A DNA stretch of 64,000 nt. Source: Actinomycetota bacterium (GTDB lineage Bacteria > Actinomycetota > Acidimicrobiia > Acidimicrobiales > Iamiaceae). Under the pieces are notes generated by a model. It was given only the letters and a program-made list of their open reading frames with translations, had not been told where the DNA came from and did not search any database. The stretch lies in the NCBI GenBank assembly GCA_019639075.1, contig JAHBSO010000008.1:10330-74329 (forward strand), written 5' to 3'. The translations under genes were made by a program, and so were the position numbers. Shown in pieces: positions 30,697-39,789 of this stretch (the stretch's first letter is position 1; every line of letters begins with the position of its first letter).

Positions 30697-30867
30697 ATGG
30701 TGATGAACTGGGGTATCAGGCCGGCCGACCTGATCGACGGCGACGACGACCGGCAGCGGGTCCGCGACGAGCACGAGCCCACCGCGACGAAGGACCGGCC
30801 GATGTCCGCGCCGACGGGTCCCATCGACGTCGCCACGAACCGCGCACCGGGCCGACCGCCCCGCTGA
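30697..30867 (+). CDS. Small hypothetical protein (56 aa), absent from the ORF track
   Basis: GGGAGGGG RBS, ATG 30697, MVMNWGIRPADLIDGDDDR...PPR*, GC3-rich codons. Confidence 0.45.
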   Translation: MVMNWGIRPADLIDGDDDRQRVRDEHEPTATKDRPMSAPTGPIDVATNRAPGRPPR

Positions 30868-30874
30868 GCTCGAC

Positions 30875-30972
30875 GTTCCGACTGCACTCGGCCTTTCGAC
30901 CCGCTCCGCGGGTCTTGAGCGAGCGAAGCGAGTCGAAAGGCGCTCGAGGAACAGTGGCGCTCCGTTCCGCTC
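30875..30972. repeat. REP-like cluster D, triple nested
   Basis: Long inverted copy split by a short inverted copy, itself split by a forward short copy (30910-30940). Confidence 0.82.
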
Positions 30973-31024
30973 GGCGCGCGCCGCGGGCGTAAGATCCGGG
31001 CGTCGGGGCTGAGATCGGAGCAAC

Positions 31025-31750
31025 GTGACAGCTACCAACGGGCGTACGACGACGACGAACGAAGGCGGGACGGACCAACGGCGGTCCCGGCGGGCCGACC
31101 GCGAGCCGCTCAGCCCCGAGCGCATCATCCGCACCGCGTTCGGCATCGTGTCCCGTGACGGACCGGAGGCCCTCACGATGCGGCGCGTGGCAACCGCGCT
31201 GTCCGTCGAACCGATGTCGCTGTACCACCACGTGCCCTCGAAGAAGGCGCTGCTCGACGGGGTCGCGGGCATGGCCATCGAGGGCGTCGGCACGTTCGAC
31301 GACATCACCGGCTCGTGGCAGGAGCAGGTCCGCGAGGCCGCCCGTCGCCTCCGACGGGAGATGATCGCCAACCCGAAGGCGGTCACCCTCGTGGCCACCC
31401 GGCCGATCCACACCGAGCAGATGGCCGTCCTGGTCGAGTCGGCGCTGGCTCGCCTCGTCGAGCTCGGCTTCGAGCTCCGGGCGGCGTCCGACGTGATCTG
31501 GACGGTCAGCGACTTCGTCGTCGGCAACGTGCTCAACATGATCGGCTCGATGGGCGGCGCCGACGCGGTGCTCCCCACGCCCGAGGACTCCCGGCGCGTG
31601 GCCGAGACCATCACCGACGAACGGTTCCCCCACCTCGTCGCCTCCCTGGCGGCGCACGAGGCCAGCGAGCCCGACGAGCACGACACGGCGAGGTTCGAGC
31701 GCAGCCTGGACATGCTGATCGCCGGCTTCGCCACCCGCTACGGCCGGTGA
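31025..31750 (+). CDS. TetR family transcriptional regulator
   Basis: LTMRRVATALSVEPMSLYHHVPSKKALL; TetR_C-like C-terminus. Confidence 0.92.
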   Translation: MTATNGRTTTTNEGGTDQRRSRRADREPLSPERIIRTAFGIVSRDGPEALTMRRVATALSVEPMSLYHHVPSKKALLDGVAGMAIEGVGTFDDITGSWQEQVREAARRLRREMIANPKAVTLVATRPIHTEQMAVLVESALARLVELGFELRAASDVIWTVSDFVVGNVLNMIGSMGGADAVLPTPEDSRRVAETITDERFPHLVASLAAHEASEPDEHDTARFERSLDMLIAGFATRYGR

Positions 31751-31781
31751 CCTTCCGACTCGCTCCGCTCGCTCAGGGAAC
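31751..31781 (-). repeat. REP-like copy E
   Basis: CCTTCCGACTCGCTCCGCTCGCTCAGGGAAC; contains the stop codon of the convergent acyl-CoA synthetase. Confidence 0.82.
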
Positions 31782-33437
31782 GAGGGAATCGCGGAGGACG
31801 CGCTTGAGGACCTTGCCGGTCGGGTTCCGGGGCAACTCGTCGAGGAAGGTCACCGTCTTCGGCACCTTGTAGCGGGCCAGGTTGGCCTTGACGTGCTCCC
31901 GCACCTCCCGCTCGCCGAGCTCGGCACCGGGCCGGACCACCACGAAGGCCCGCAACCGCTGCCCGAGCTCGGGGTCGGGGACCCCGAGCACCGAGACCTC
32001 GAGCACCGCGGGATGGGCGGCGAGCAGCTCCTCGACCTCACCGGGGAAGACGTTCTCGCCGCCCGACACGATCATGTCGTCGTCGCGGCCGTCGATCACG
32101 AGGCGACCGCCGTCGTCCCAGTGCCCGACGTCGCCGGTCGACACCAGACCGTCGATGCGGTCCTTGTCGCCGCCACCGGTGTAGCCCTCGAAGCTCAACG
32201 AGTTCCCGACGAAGATCCGACCGCGCTCGCCGCGCCCCACCTCGACGCCGTCGTCGTCGTAGAGGCGGACGGTCGACCCGATCGGCGGCCGGCCGACCGA
32301 CCCGGGGTTCGCACGCAGGTCCTCCGGGGTCGCGATCGCCGCGCAGGCCACCTCGGTCGAGCCGTAGAAGTTGTAGAGGACGTCCCCGAACGCATCCATC
32401 GTGGCGGTGGCCAGGGATGCCTCCAGTTGCGAGCCGCTCGACGCCACGAACCGCAGCGAGTCGAGGTTTCGCGCCGCCGGCCCGCCGTCGGCGAGGGCGA
32501 GCATCCGGCTCAGCATCACCGGCACGACGACGAGCCCCGTGCACCGTTGCTCCTCGACCACGTCGAGGACCGATGCCGGATCGAACCGGCGGGAGACGAC
32601 GAGGGTGGATCCGGCCGACACGGCCAGCATCGCGGTGAGCAGGCCCCAGGCGTGGAAGATCGGTGGCGCGACGTAGACCCGACCGCCCTCGCGGAACGGG
32701 ATCTTCGACACCACGGCACCCGGTCCGGCCAGCGACCTGGGCTGGGCCCTGGGCGCGCCCTTGGGCAGGCCGGTCGTCCCGCTGGTGAGGATGACGACGG
32801 CCCCGTGGCGCTCCGGCGCCGGGCGCTCCCCCGGGTCCCCTGCGGCGACGATCGACTCCAAGGTGTCGTGACCCCCGACCCGCCCGTCGGCCGGCTCGCT
32901 GTCGGTCCACGCGACGACCGTGCCGTAGGGGACCTCGACCCCCTCGACCACCGGCAGGAACTCCTCGTCGACCACCAGCAGGTCGACACCCTCGCGCTCG
33001 CACACGTCGCGGGCCTGGGGCCCGGCGAAGTCGGTGTTCAGGTAGAGCAGCTTCAGACCGGCCTTGGCCGCGCCGAAGCTGGCGTCGAGCAGGCCGCGGT
33101 GGTTCCGGGCCAGCAGGCCGATGGTCGCCGTGGTCGGCACGCCGCGGGCGACGAGCCCGGCGGCGAACGCGTTCGACCGCCGGTCGAGCTCGCCGAAGGT
33201 GAGCGACCCGAGGTCGTCGGTCAACCCGACGCGCTCGCCGTGGCGGAGCGCGGCGTTGACGATGCCCCCACCGGCGGCGCCGTAGCGGTTCATGGCCACC
33301 AGGCTCCTGGCCAGGAGGCGAGGGCTGCGCCATCCGATCACGCCGGCCCGGCTCAGCGCACCGACGGCCCGGGCCTCGGTCACGGCGCGACCGATCGGGG
33401 CCTCGATCGTGCGTCGGAGGGTGGAGGGGGTGAACAT
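31773..33437 (-). CDS. Acyl-CoA synthetase (FadD2/FadD12-like)
   Basis: LTSGTTGLPKGA, YGSTE, TGDVG, GRDDDMIVSGGENVFP, PRNPTGKV. Confidence 0.93.
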   Translation of the reverse strand: MFTPSTLRRTIEAPIGRAVTEARAVGALSRAGVIGWRSPRLLARSLVAMNRYGAAGGGIVNAALRHGERVGLTDDLGSLTFGELDRRSNAFAAGLVARGVPTTATIGLLARNHRGLLDASFGAAKAGLKLLYLNTDFAGPQARDVCEREGVDLLVVDEEFLPVVEGVEVPYGTVVAWTDSEPADGRVGGHDTLESIVAAGDPGERPAPERHGAVVILTSGTTGLPKGAPRAQPRSLAGPGAVVSKIPFREGGRVYVAPPIFHAWGLLTAMLAVSAGSTLVVSRRFDPASVLDVVEEQRCTGLVVVPVMLSRMLALADGGPAARNLDSLRFVASSGSQLEASLATATMDAFGDVLYNFYGSTEVACAAIATPEDLRANPGSVGRPPIGSTVRLYDDDGVEVGRGERGRIFVGNSLSFEGYTGGGDKDRIDGLVSTGDVGHWDDGGRLVIDGRDDDMIVSGGENVFPGEVEELLAAHPAVLEVSVLGVPDPELGQRLRAFVVVRPGAELGEREVREHVKANLARYKVPKTVTFLDELPRNPTGKVLKRVLRDSLVP

Positions 33438-33511
33438 CGAAGCGTGACCTCGTGGTTGCTGACGGTGGTCGGCGGTCCCCGAGTATGACCCGACCGGTAG
33501 CGTCGGTGGAC

Positions 33512-33988
33512 ATGGCCAACGAACCCCTCCCCCCCGGCGTCACGGTCACCTCCGACGACGCCTCGATCTCGGCCACCGTCGAGGTCGACGCATCGCCCGC
33601 CGACGTGTTCGACTTCGTCCGCCGTCCCGCGAACCACGCGATCATCAGCGGCGACGGCACGGTCCGGACCACCACGTCCGGCCCCGAGGTCCTCGGTCCC
33701 GGGGACAAGTTCGGCATGAACATGAAGATGGGGGTGCCCTACCGGATCTCCTCGACGGTCAAGGAGTTCGACCAGGACCACGTGATCGCGTGGTGCCACC
33801 TGGGCGGTCACCGCTGGCGCTGGACCATCGAGCCGCTCGGCGACGACCGGTCACGGGTGACCGAGACCTACGACCAGTCGACGGCCCGCTTCCCGCCGGC
33901 GCTGCGCCTGATGGGCTATCCGAAGCGCCACCGGGACAACGTCGCGAAGTCGGTGGCCAACGTCGCCGACCACTTCCGCTCGGCCTGA
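33512..33988 (+). CDS. SRPBCC / polyketide cyclase-like protein
   Basis: VFDFVRRPANHAIISGDGTV, FGMNM, GHRWRW, VTETYD. Confidence 0.8.
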   Translation: MANEPLPPGVTVTSDDASISATVEVDASPADVFDFVRRPANHAIISGDGTVRTTTSGPEVLGPGDKFGMNMKMGVPYRISSTVKEFDQDHVIAWCHLGGHRWRWTIEPLGDDRSRVTETYDQSTARFPPALRLMGYPKRHRDNVAKSVANVADHFRSA

Positions 33989-33995
33989 CGTCGGG

Positions 33996-34134
33996 CGTCT
34001 CGACTCCGCTGCGCTCCGCTCGACGAACGGACCGCCACCCGTTCCTTGAGCGAGCGCAGCGAGTCGAAAGGTCCTCGAGCGAGCGCAGCGAGTTCCCCCT
34101 TCTGCTCCTTGAGCGAGCGCAGCGAGTCGAAAGG
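33996..34134. repeat. REP-like cluster F
   Basis: Full copies at 34041-34071 and 34103-34133, partial at 34072-34093, inverted variant at 33996-34025. Confidence 0.88.
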
Positions 34135-34139
34135 GCTTC

Positions 34140-34799
34140 TCAGCCGGCGCTGTAGAGGCCGCAGTCCTGCAGGACGGTGAGGTACTGACCGCTGACGTCG
34201 GTGGCCACGGGGTCCGACGCGGCGCCGCTCAGCCCGACCGCGGCGAACCGCTCGGCCAGATCGGTCGTGAGCTCCTCCTCGAGGCAGGCGACCGCGTCGG
34301 CGTCGAGCTCGGAACCGTTGGAGGTGCGCGCGCTGTCGATCATCGTCCGGCGCACGTCGACGCCGCACGCGCCCAACGCGTCGACCAGGGGCCCGGCCTC
34401 GTCGACGGTCAGTGCGAGGCTCGAGATCGTCCGCGTCCAGACCTCGCCCTCGACGTCGGCCGGCGTCAGCCCGGCGGTGCCGAACCGTGCCGGGGTGATG
34501 GCCTCGACCCACTTCGGGCCGACGCAGGTGGCCTGGTCGTCGTCCATGAGCGGCACCGTGTTCGGGTCGGCCTGGAGGCTGCCCGTCAGCGCCGCGGCGT
34601 ACTCGGCGGCGGTGCCCGGCTCGACGGGAGCGGCCGTGGTCGCCACGACCGAGGTGGAGCTCTCGAGGGCGATCGCACCGTCCGACGAGCCGCCGTCGTC
34701 GCTGCTGCACGACGCCAGGAGCCCGACGGCGACGACCGACGCGACCACCACCCCGAGCGAACGGCGCAGACCGGGACGACGGAGGGGACGAGGGGCCAT
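34140..34799 (-). CDS. Hypothetical lipoprotein
   Basis: LLASC lipobox, Ser/Thr linker, four further Cys in a repeated helical unit. Confidence 0.65.
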   Translation of the reverse strand: MAPRPLRRPGLRRSLGVVVASVVAVGLLASCSSDDGGSSDGAIALESSTSVVATTAAPVEPGTAAEYAAALTGSLQADPNTVPLMDDDQATCVGPKWVEAITPARFGTAGLTPADVEGEVWTRTISSLALTVDEAGPLVDALGACGVDVRRTMIDSARTSNGSELDADAVACLEEELTTDLAERFAAVGLSGAASDPVATDVSGQYLTVLQDCGLYSAG

Positions 34800-34863
34800 G
34801 ATCGGCAACGTACTTCGGCGACCCGTACCCGCAGGGGTCGGCGGCGCTCGTAAGGTCGGGGGG

Positions 34864-35388
34864 ATGGGTGACCACGAGCAACTGCCGCTCACCCTCGCCG
34901 GCGGTGGCACCGACCCCGGGGAGGCGCCGTCGTCCGACGCGGCGCGCCCGGCGGACCAGCGGCCCCCGGTGCGCTCGTTCCAGGCGTCGGCCGGCATCCA
35001 GGGTCGCCAGTTCGCCGAGCAGGCCGACACCTTGCTCACCCACCTCGGCTACGAGCTCCAGGGGCGGCGGGTGCTGGCCGAGGTCGGTGTCGAGATCGAC
35101 CAGCAGGCGATCAGCCCGACGGGGCGCACCGTGTGGTTCGAGTACAAGGGAAGCGTCCAGGGGAACCGTCCCGGCCTTCGTCGGACCGACACCCTGAAGA
35201 AGGCGATCGCCAACGGCGCGTTGCTGCGGGCGGTCGCCGACCCCGCGCCCTACATCGTGATCACCTCGCACCTGCCCGAGGCCGGATCGGGCGCGGCCAT
35301 GCTCGACGCCGCGCTGCGCCTCCGCTTCTTCGCCGACGTCGTGTGCCTCTACGACCCGTCCGCCACCGGCCGGCTCACCCGATGGTGA
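34864..35388 (+). CDS. PD-(D/E)XK restriction-endonuclease-like protein
   Basis: GRQFAEQ helix, GVEID, WFEYKG, GLRRTDTLKK. Confidence 0.6.
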   Translation: MGDHEQLPLTLAGGGTDPGEAPSSDAARPADQRPPVRSFQASAGIQGRQFAEQADTLLTHLGYELQGRRVLAEVGVEIDQQAISPTGRTVWFEYKGSVQGNRPGLRRTDTLKKAIANGALLRAVADPAPYIVITSHLPEAGSGAAMLDAALRLRFFADVVCLYDPSATGRLTRW

Positions 35389-35404
35389 CCTGGAGGACCT
35401 GCTG

Positions 35405-37333
35405 GTGACCCGGCGGCGCGCCGCGATCGCCGGCGGAGCCCTCGTCGTCGTGGTCGCTTCGGCCGCGGCCCTGTTCTGGTTCGGGCCGTTCCGCGACGAC
35501 GGCGCCGACGGGACGCTCGACGAGGAGCGGGCGGCCGCGGCCCGGGCGGCCGTCGAGGCGTTCGCGACCCACTGGCAGGCCGGGTCGCTGGATGAGGTCG
35601 ACTACGTCCCGGGCGGACCGGAGGACGTGCAGGCCACCACCGACCTCATCACCGGCGGCCTCGGGACGACCGACCCGGATCCGACGGTGGAGGTGTCGAG
35701 GGTGGACGTCAGCGAGGGTGCCGTGGACCGGGCCGTCGGCCGGGCGACGGTCACGTGGGACTTCGGCCCGAACCGCGAGTGGACCTACGAGACCTCGATC
35801 CCGGTGGCACGCGAGGAGGAGCGGTGGCTCGTCGAGTGGAGCCCCGAGGTCATCAACCCGGCCCTCGCGGAGGGCGAGCTGCTCACGGCCACCCGCACGC
35901 CGGGGCAACGGGGCCGGGTGCTCGCCACCGACGGCACGGTCCTGGTCGGGTCACCGGGCGCCGTCGTCGTCGGCATCCGCCCCTCTCGCGCCACCGACCT
36001 CGCCGCGACGGCGCGCACCGTGGCCGAGCTCACGGGTGTCGACCTGACCGAGCTGGAGGCGAAGCTCGCCGCGGCGGGGCCCGACGACTTCGTCGAGGTC
36101 GTCACGCTCGAGCGCAGCGCCTACGACGCGGTGCGCGACCAGCTCCAACCGCTCCCCGGCACGGTCTTCCGGACCGAGGAGGGCGAGGTCGGGGTTCCGG
36201 CGACGTTCGCCCGCGGCGTGCTCGGAACCGTCGGACCGGCCACCGAGGAGATCGCCGAGGCGTCCGACGGGGCGATCCTGGTCGGGGACCAGACCGGGCT
36301 CAGCGGCATCGTCCGCACGCAGGACGCCGTGCTCCGGGGCTCCCCGGCGCTGGCGATCGTGGCCGGACCGCTGGACGGTGCCCGACGGACCCTCAAGGCG
36401 TTCGCGGGCGCCGACGGCTCCGACGTGACCGTCACGCTGGACCCGACGATCCAGACGGTCGCCGAGCAGGTCGTCGCCGACACCACCGAACCCTCGGCGC
36501 TCGTGGTGATCCGGGCGAGCACGGGCGACGTGCTCGCCGTGGCCAACGGTCCGTCGGGTTCGGCCGCCTACGACCGGGCGTTCATCGGCCGCTACGCGCC
36601 GGGTTCGGTGTTCAAGATCGCGTCGACCTGGGCGCTGCTCGAGCAGGGCCTCACACCCGACACGATCGTCGATTGCCCCGCGACGCTGACCGCCGGGAAG
36701 ACGTTCAAGAACGCCGGCGACATGGCGCTCGGCGCGGTGCCGTTCCGCACCGACTTCGCCCGCTCGTGCAACACGGCGTTCGTGGGCCTCGCCGACCGCA
36801 TCACCGCCCAGCAGCTCGCCGACGCCGCGTCCGAGTTGGGGTACCGACCGCTCGACCTCGGGGCCCCGATGTTCGCCGCGTCCGTGCCGGTCGACGGCGA
36901 CGCCACCGAGCACGCCGCCCAGATGATCGGCCAGGGCCGGGTGGAGGGCACGGTCGCCAACGTCGCCACGATGAGCGCGTCGATCGCCAGCGGCAAGGCG
37001 GTGCAGCCCCGTCTGGTGCTCGGCCCCGATGCTCCCGATCCGCTGGCCGCGGACGACCTCCCCGAGGACCGCACCGCGGTCGTGCAGGACCTCATGCGGG
37101 CCGTGGTCACCGAGGGCACCGGCACGGTGCTGGCCGGGGTGCCCGGCGACCCGGTCCACGCGAAGACCGGGACCGCGGAGTTCGGCGCCGACGACCCGCC
37201 CCGCACCCACGCGTGGATCACCGGCTACCAGGGCGACCTCGCGTTCGCGGTGGTGGTCGAGGGCGGTGGTGGCGGCGGCTCGGTGGCCGGGCCCATCGCG
37301 GCCGACCTCCTCACCCGCCTCGCCGGCGGCTGA
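35405..37333 (+). CDS. Class B penicillin-binding protein with NTF2-like N-domain
   Basis: TM anchor, PGSVFK (SxxK), SCN (SxN), KTGT. Confidence 0.9.
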   Translation: MTRRRAAIAGGALVVVVASAAALFWFGPFRDDGADGTLDEERAAAARAAVEAFATHWQAGSLDEVDYVPGGPEDVQATTDLITGGLGTTDPDPTVEVSRVDVSEGAVDRAVGRATVTWDFGPNREWTYETSIPVAREEERWLVEWSPEVINPALAEGELLTATRTPGQRGRVLATDGTVLVGSPGAVVVGIRPSRATDLAATARTVAELTGVDLTELEAKLAAAGPDDFVEVVTLERSAYDAVRDQLQPLPGTVFRTEEGEVGVPATFARGVLGTVGPATEEIAEASDGAILVGDQTGLSGIVRTQDAVLRGSPALAIVAGPLDGARRTLKAFAGADGSDVTVTLDPTIQTVAEQVVADTTEPSALVVIRASTGDVLAVANGPSGSAAYDRAFIGRYAPGSVFKIASTWALLEQGLTPDTIVDCPATLTAGKTFKNAGDMALGAVPFRTDFARSCNTAFVGLADRITAQQLADAASELGYRPLDLGAPMFAASVPVDGDATEHAAQMIGQGRVEGTVANVATMSASIASGKAVQPRLVLGPDAPDPLAADDLPEDRTAVVQDLMRAVVTEGTGTVLAGVPGDPVHAKTGTAEFGADDPPRTHAWITGYQGDLAFAVVVEGGGGGGSVAGPIAADLLTRLAGG

Positions 37334-37351
37334 TCGGTCCGCGGCCCGGGG

Positions 37352-38254
37352 TCAACCGAGGTCGCAGGCCGGTTCGTCGGGCAGCAGTGCGACCACGACG
37401 ATCGTGCGCTCGATGCCGCCGACCTTCCACCGGGGCAGCGGGTTGTCCTTCGCCGCGTCGAAGAGATCGCCGGCCGCGCTCCCGTCCACCTCGGTGCACC
37501 CGAGGACCGTCTCGCTGCCGTCCGAGCCGCTGGCGAGCGCCCCGAAGGCGTCGAGGTCGGGGCCGGACCACTCGGGCGGCTCGGCGTCGGGATCGGCATC
37601 GGGCTTCGCCTCGTAGGTGGCGTCGTCGGCGAGCCGCAGGACCCGGACCCGGGAAGGGGTCCACGCCTCCGGTTCGTCCACCAGCGCCTCCGCCGATGAC
37701 AGCAACCGCCGCAGGGTCTCGCGTCGACGCACCAGGTCGTCGGAGAGGTCGGCGTCGAACCGACCACCGAGCGCGTAGGCCGAGACGCTCTGCGGATCGC
37801 CGCCGCCGTGGAGCACCACGGTGGTGGTGGCCATGTCGGTGACGTCGGGGGTGCCGAGATCGACGTCGGGCTCGAACAACCCCGAGGCCTCGGCCTGGGC
37901 CACGAACACCGCGAGGTCGTCGCGGGCGACGGTGCCGCTGCGCAGCTCGATCGGCTGGTCGTAGCGCCGGTCGAGGCCGGGGGCGACGATGAACGCCCGC
38001 CCGTCCCCGTAGATCGTGAGGGTCGGCCGCTGGGCCGCCCAGCTCACCTCGGGCACGAGCCCACCGGCGGTGTGGACCTGCCAGACGATCTGGTCCTTCG
38101 GGAAGCGGGCGGCCGAGGCGTCCTCGGGGATCGTGGTGTCGATCGGTTCGATCGGCGACCGGCCCTCGCTCGACGAGCCGCACGCCACGACGCCGATCAC
38201 GAGACCGAGCACAGCGAGCGCCACCAGGGCGCTTCGACGTCCGCGGTTCTCCAC
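37352..38254 (-). CDS. Hypothetical lipoprotein
   Basis: GVVAC lipobox; PTLTIYGDGR, VTDMATT, VSAYAL, LLPDE motifs. Confidence 0.65.
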   Translation of the reverse strand: MENRGRRSALVALAVLGLVIGVVACGSSSEGRSPIEPIDTTIPEDASAARFPKDQIVWQVHTAGGLVPEVSWAAQRPTLTIYGDGRAFIVAPGLDRRYDQPIELRSGTVARDDLAVFVAQAEASGLFEPDVDLGTPDVTDMATTTVVLHGGGDPQSVSAYALGGRFDADLSDDLVRRRETLRRLLSSAEALVDEPEAWTPSRVRVLRLADDATYEAKPDADPDAEPPEWSGPDLDAFGALASGSDGSETVLGCTEVDGSAAGDLFDAAKDNPLPRWKVGGIERTIVVVALLPDEPACDLG

Positions 38255-38276
38255 GGGGTCCGACAATAGGGCGGCG

Positions 38277-39095
38277 TCAGATCTCGAACCCGCTGGTGGA
38301 GGCGGACGGGTACTCCGACACCAGCCAATCGATGATCCCGGCCGCCGCGCCGGCCAGGTCGGATCGTTGGTCCTCGCCGATCGCGCCCCGCGTGGCCACC
38401 GCGCGCTGTGCCGCCCAGATCGCCTCGCTCATCGCCTGGCACGCGAGGTGGCACTCGGCGAGGGAGGACTCCACGTCGGCCGGTGCCCAGTCGAGCACGG
38501 CGTCGTCACGAGCCTCCTCGGCCAGCCTGATGACGTGCTGCCACCGGAAGGCGAGCTGGCCGGGATCGAGCGACGGGTCCACGAGGATCTCGTCGACACC
38601 GGCCGCCAGGCTGAGCGCCCGCAGGTGGGGACCCTGCGCACGGCGACGGCCGAGGGGCGCGTCGAGCGTGGCCGCGGCCTGCAGCGAGTGCGGCGCCCCG
38701 TGCGCGACCCCGAGGTCGCCGGGCAGCGCGGCGACCAGCGCGTCGTCGAGGTGGGGGAACCGGGACCGCACCAGCAGCTCGACCTCGTCACCGATGCCAC
38801 CGCGGGCGACGATGCCGTGCTCGACGAGCAGGTCCATCGCCCGGGCGAGGGCGGTCGGCGCGTCGGCGCCGTGCAGTCCGAGGATCGCTCGGAGATCCTC
38901 GGACCGGACCACGACCGTCCGGTCCTCCCGGGCGATCATGCGCATCAGCGTCCGGGCCAGGCACACCGCGGTGGGGCCGAGGCTCGGGATCCAGAAGTGG
39001 TCCACGTAACCGGATCGCGGGTCGACCCCCGCGGCCGGGGCGTCGTCCACCCATCGCCGGAGCGACATCGCCCCCGTGGTCGCCAGTTCGGTCAT
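38277..39095 (-). CDS. Hypothetical protein with probable N-terminal winged-helix domain
   Basis: DPRSGYVDHFWIPSLGPTAVCLAR...LRAILGL...LARAMDLLVEHGI. Confidence 0.55.
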   Translation of the reverse strand: MTELATTGAMSLRRWVDDAPAAGVDPRSGYVDHFWIPSLGPTAVCLARTLMRMIAREDRTVVVRSEDLRAILGLHGADAPTALARAMDLLVEHGIVARGGIGDEVELLVRSRFPHLDDALVAALPGDLGVAHGAPHSLQAAATLDAPLGRRRAQGPHLRALSLAAGVDEILVDPSLDPGQLAFRWQHVIRLAEEARDDAVLDWAPADVESSLAECHLACQAMSEAIWAAQRAVATRGAIGEDQRSDLAGAAAGIIDWLVSEYPSASTSGFEI

Positions 39096-39289
39096 GCGTC
39101 CATCCCCCACGTTCGTCCAGGTGCATCGCCGGAGGAACGCCGCGCATCCCCGGCGATGCCGCCGAACGCGCGAGCCCTCTCGTCCCGGGTCCGCCCGACC
39201 CTCCACCACGGCCCGAGGACCCTGGCCCGGTGGTTCCGCCACCGCACGAAGACGGTAGATCGCCCGGGTCGGCCGTGTCGACCGGTACG

Positions 39290-39754
39290 GTGCCCGCGGT
39301 GGGACGGTTCGTCGGCGTGCTCCTGCTCGACGCTCGTGGTCGCGTGCTCCTCCAGGAGCGAGACGAGCACGCGGCGATCGACCCCGACCACTGGGGTCTG
39401 CCCGGCGGGCACGTCGACGACGACGAGACGTTCGCGGCCGCCGCCCGGCGTGAGCTGGCCGAGGAGACCGGCATCGACCTGGGCCCCGACGGCCTCGTCC
39501 TGTGGCGGGAGTTCGAGGTGTTCCACGCGGTCTACGACTCGCACGACCGCATGCAGGTCTTCAGCGGACGGTGCGAGCTCACCGACGACGACGTCGTGGT
39601 GGGCGAGGGCCGCCAGATCCGGTTCCTGTCCTTCGACGAAGCGGCGTCGCTCCCCCTCACGAGCTCGTCGTCGACCATCCTGCCGGCGTGGTCCTCGGCG
39701 TCGGACCGCCCGGTCGGGGCGGTGGATCGCCACGTGGGCCACCGCGATCCGTAG
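39290..39754 (+). CDS. NUDIX hydrolase
   Basis: Nudix box GGHVDDDETFAAAARRELAEETG; start approximate. Confidence 0.9.
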   Translation: MPAVGRFVGVLLLDARGRVLLQERDEHAAIDPDHWGLPGGHVDDDETFAAAARRELAEETGIDLGPDGLVLWREFEVFHAVYDSHDRMQVFSGRCELTDDDVVVGEGRQIRFLSFDEAASLPLTSSSSTILPAWSSASDRPVGAVDRHVGHRDP

Positions 39755-39789
39755 GCTCGCCGCGTGTTCGAGATGTCCGTTCGGTCGCA

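Noticed and set aside
33996-34134. CRISPR array
   Set aside because: Repeats of about 31 bp recur, but spacing is irregular, orientations are mixed, copies are dispersed and nested, and there are no cas genes; REP-like instead.
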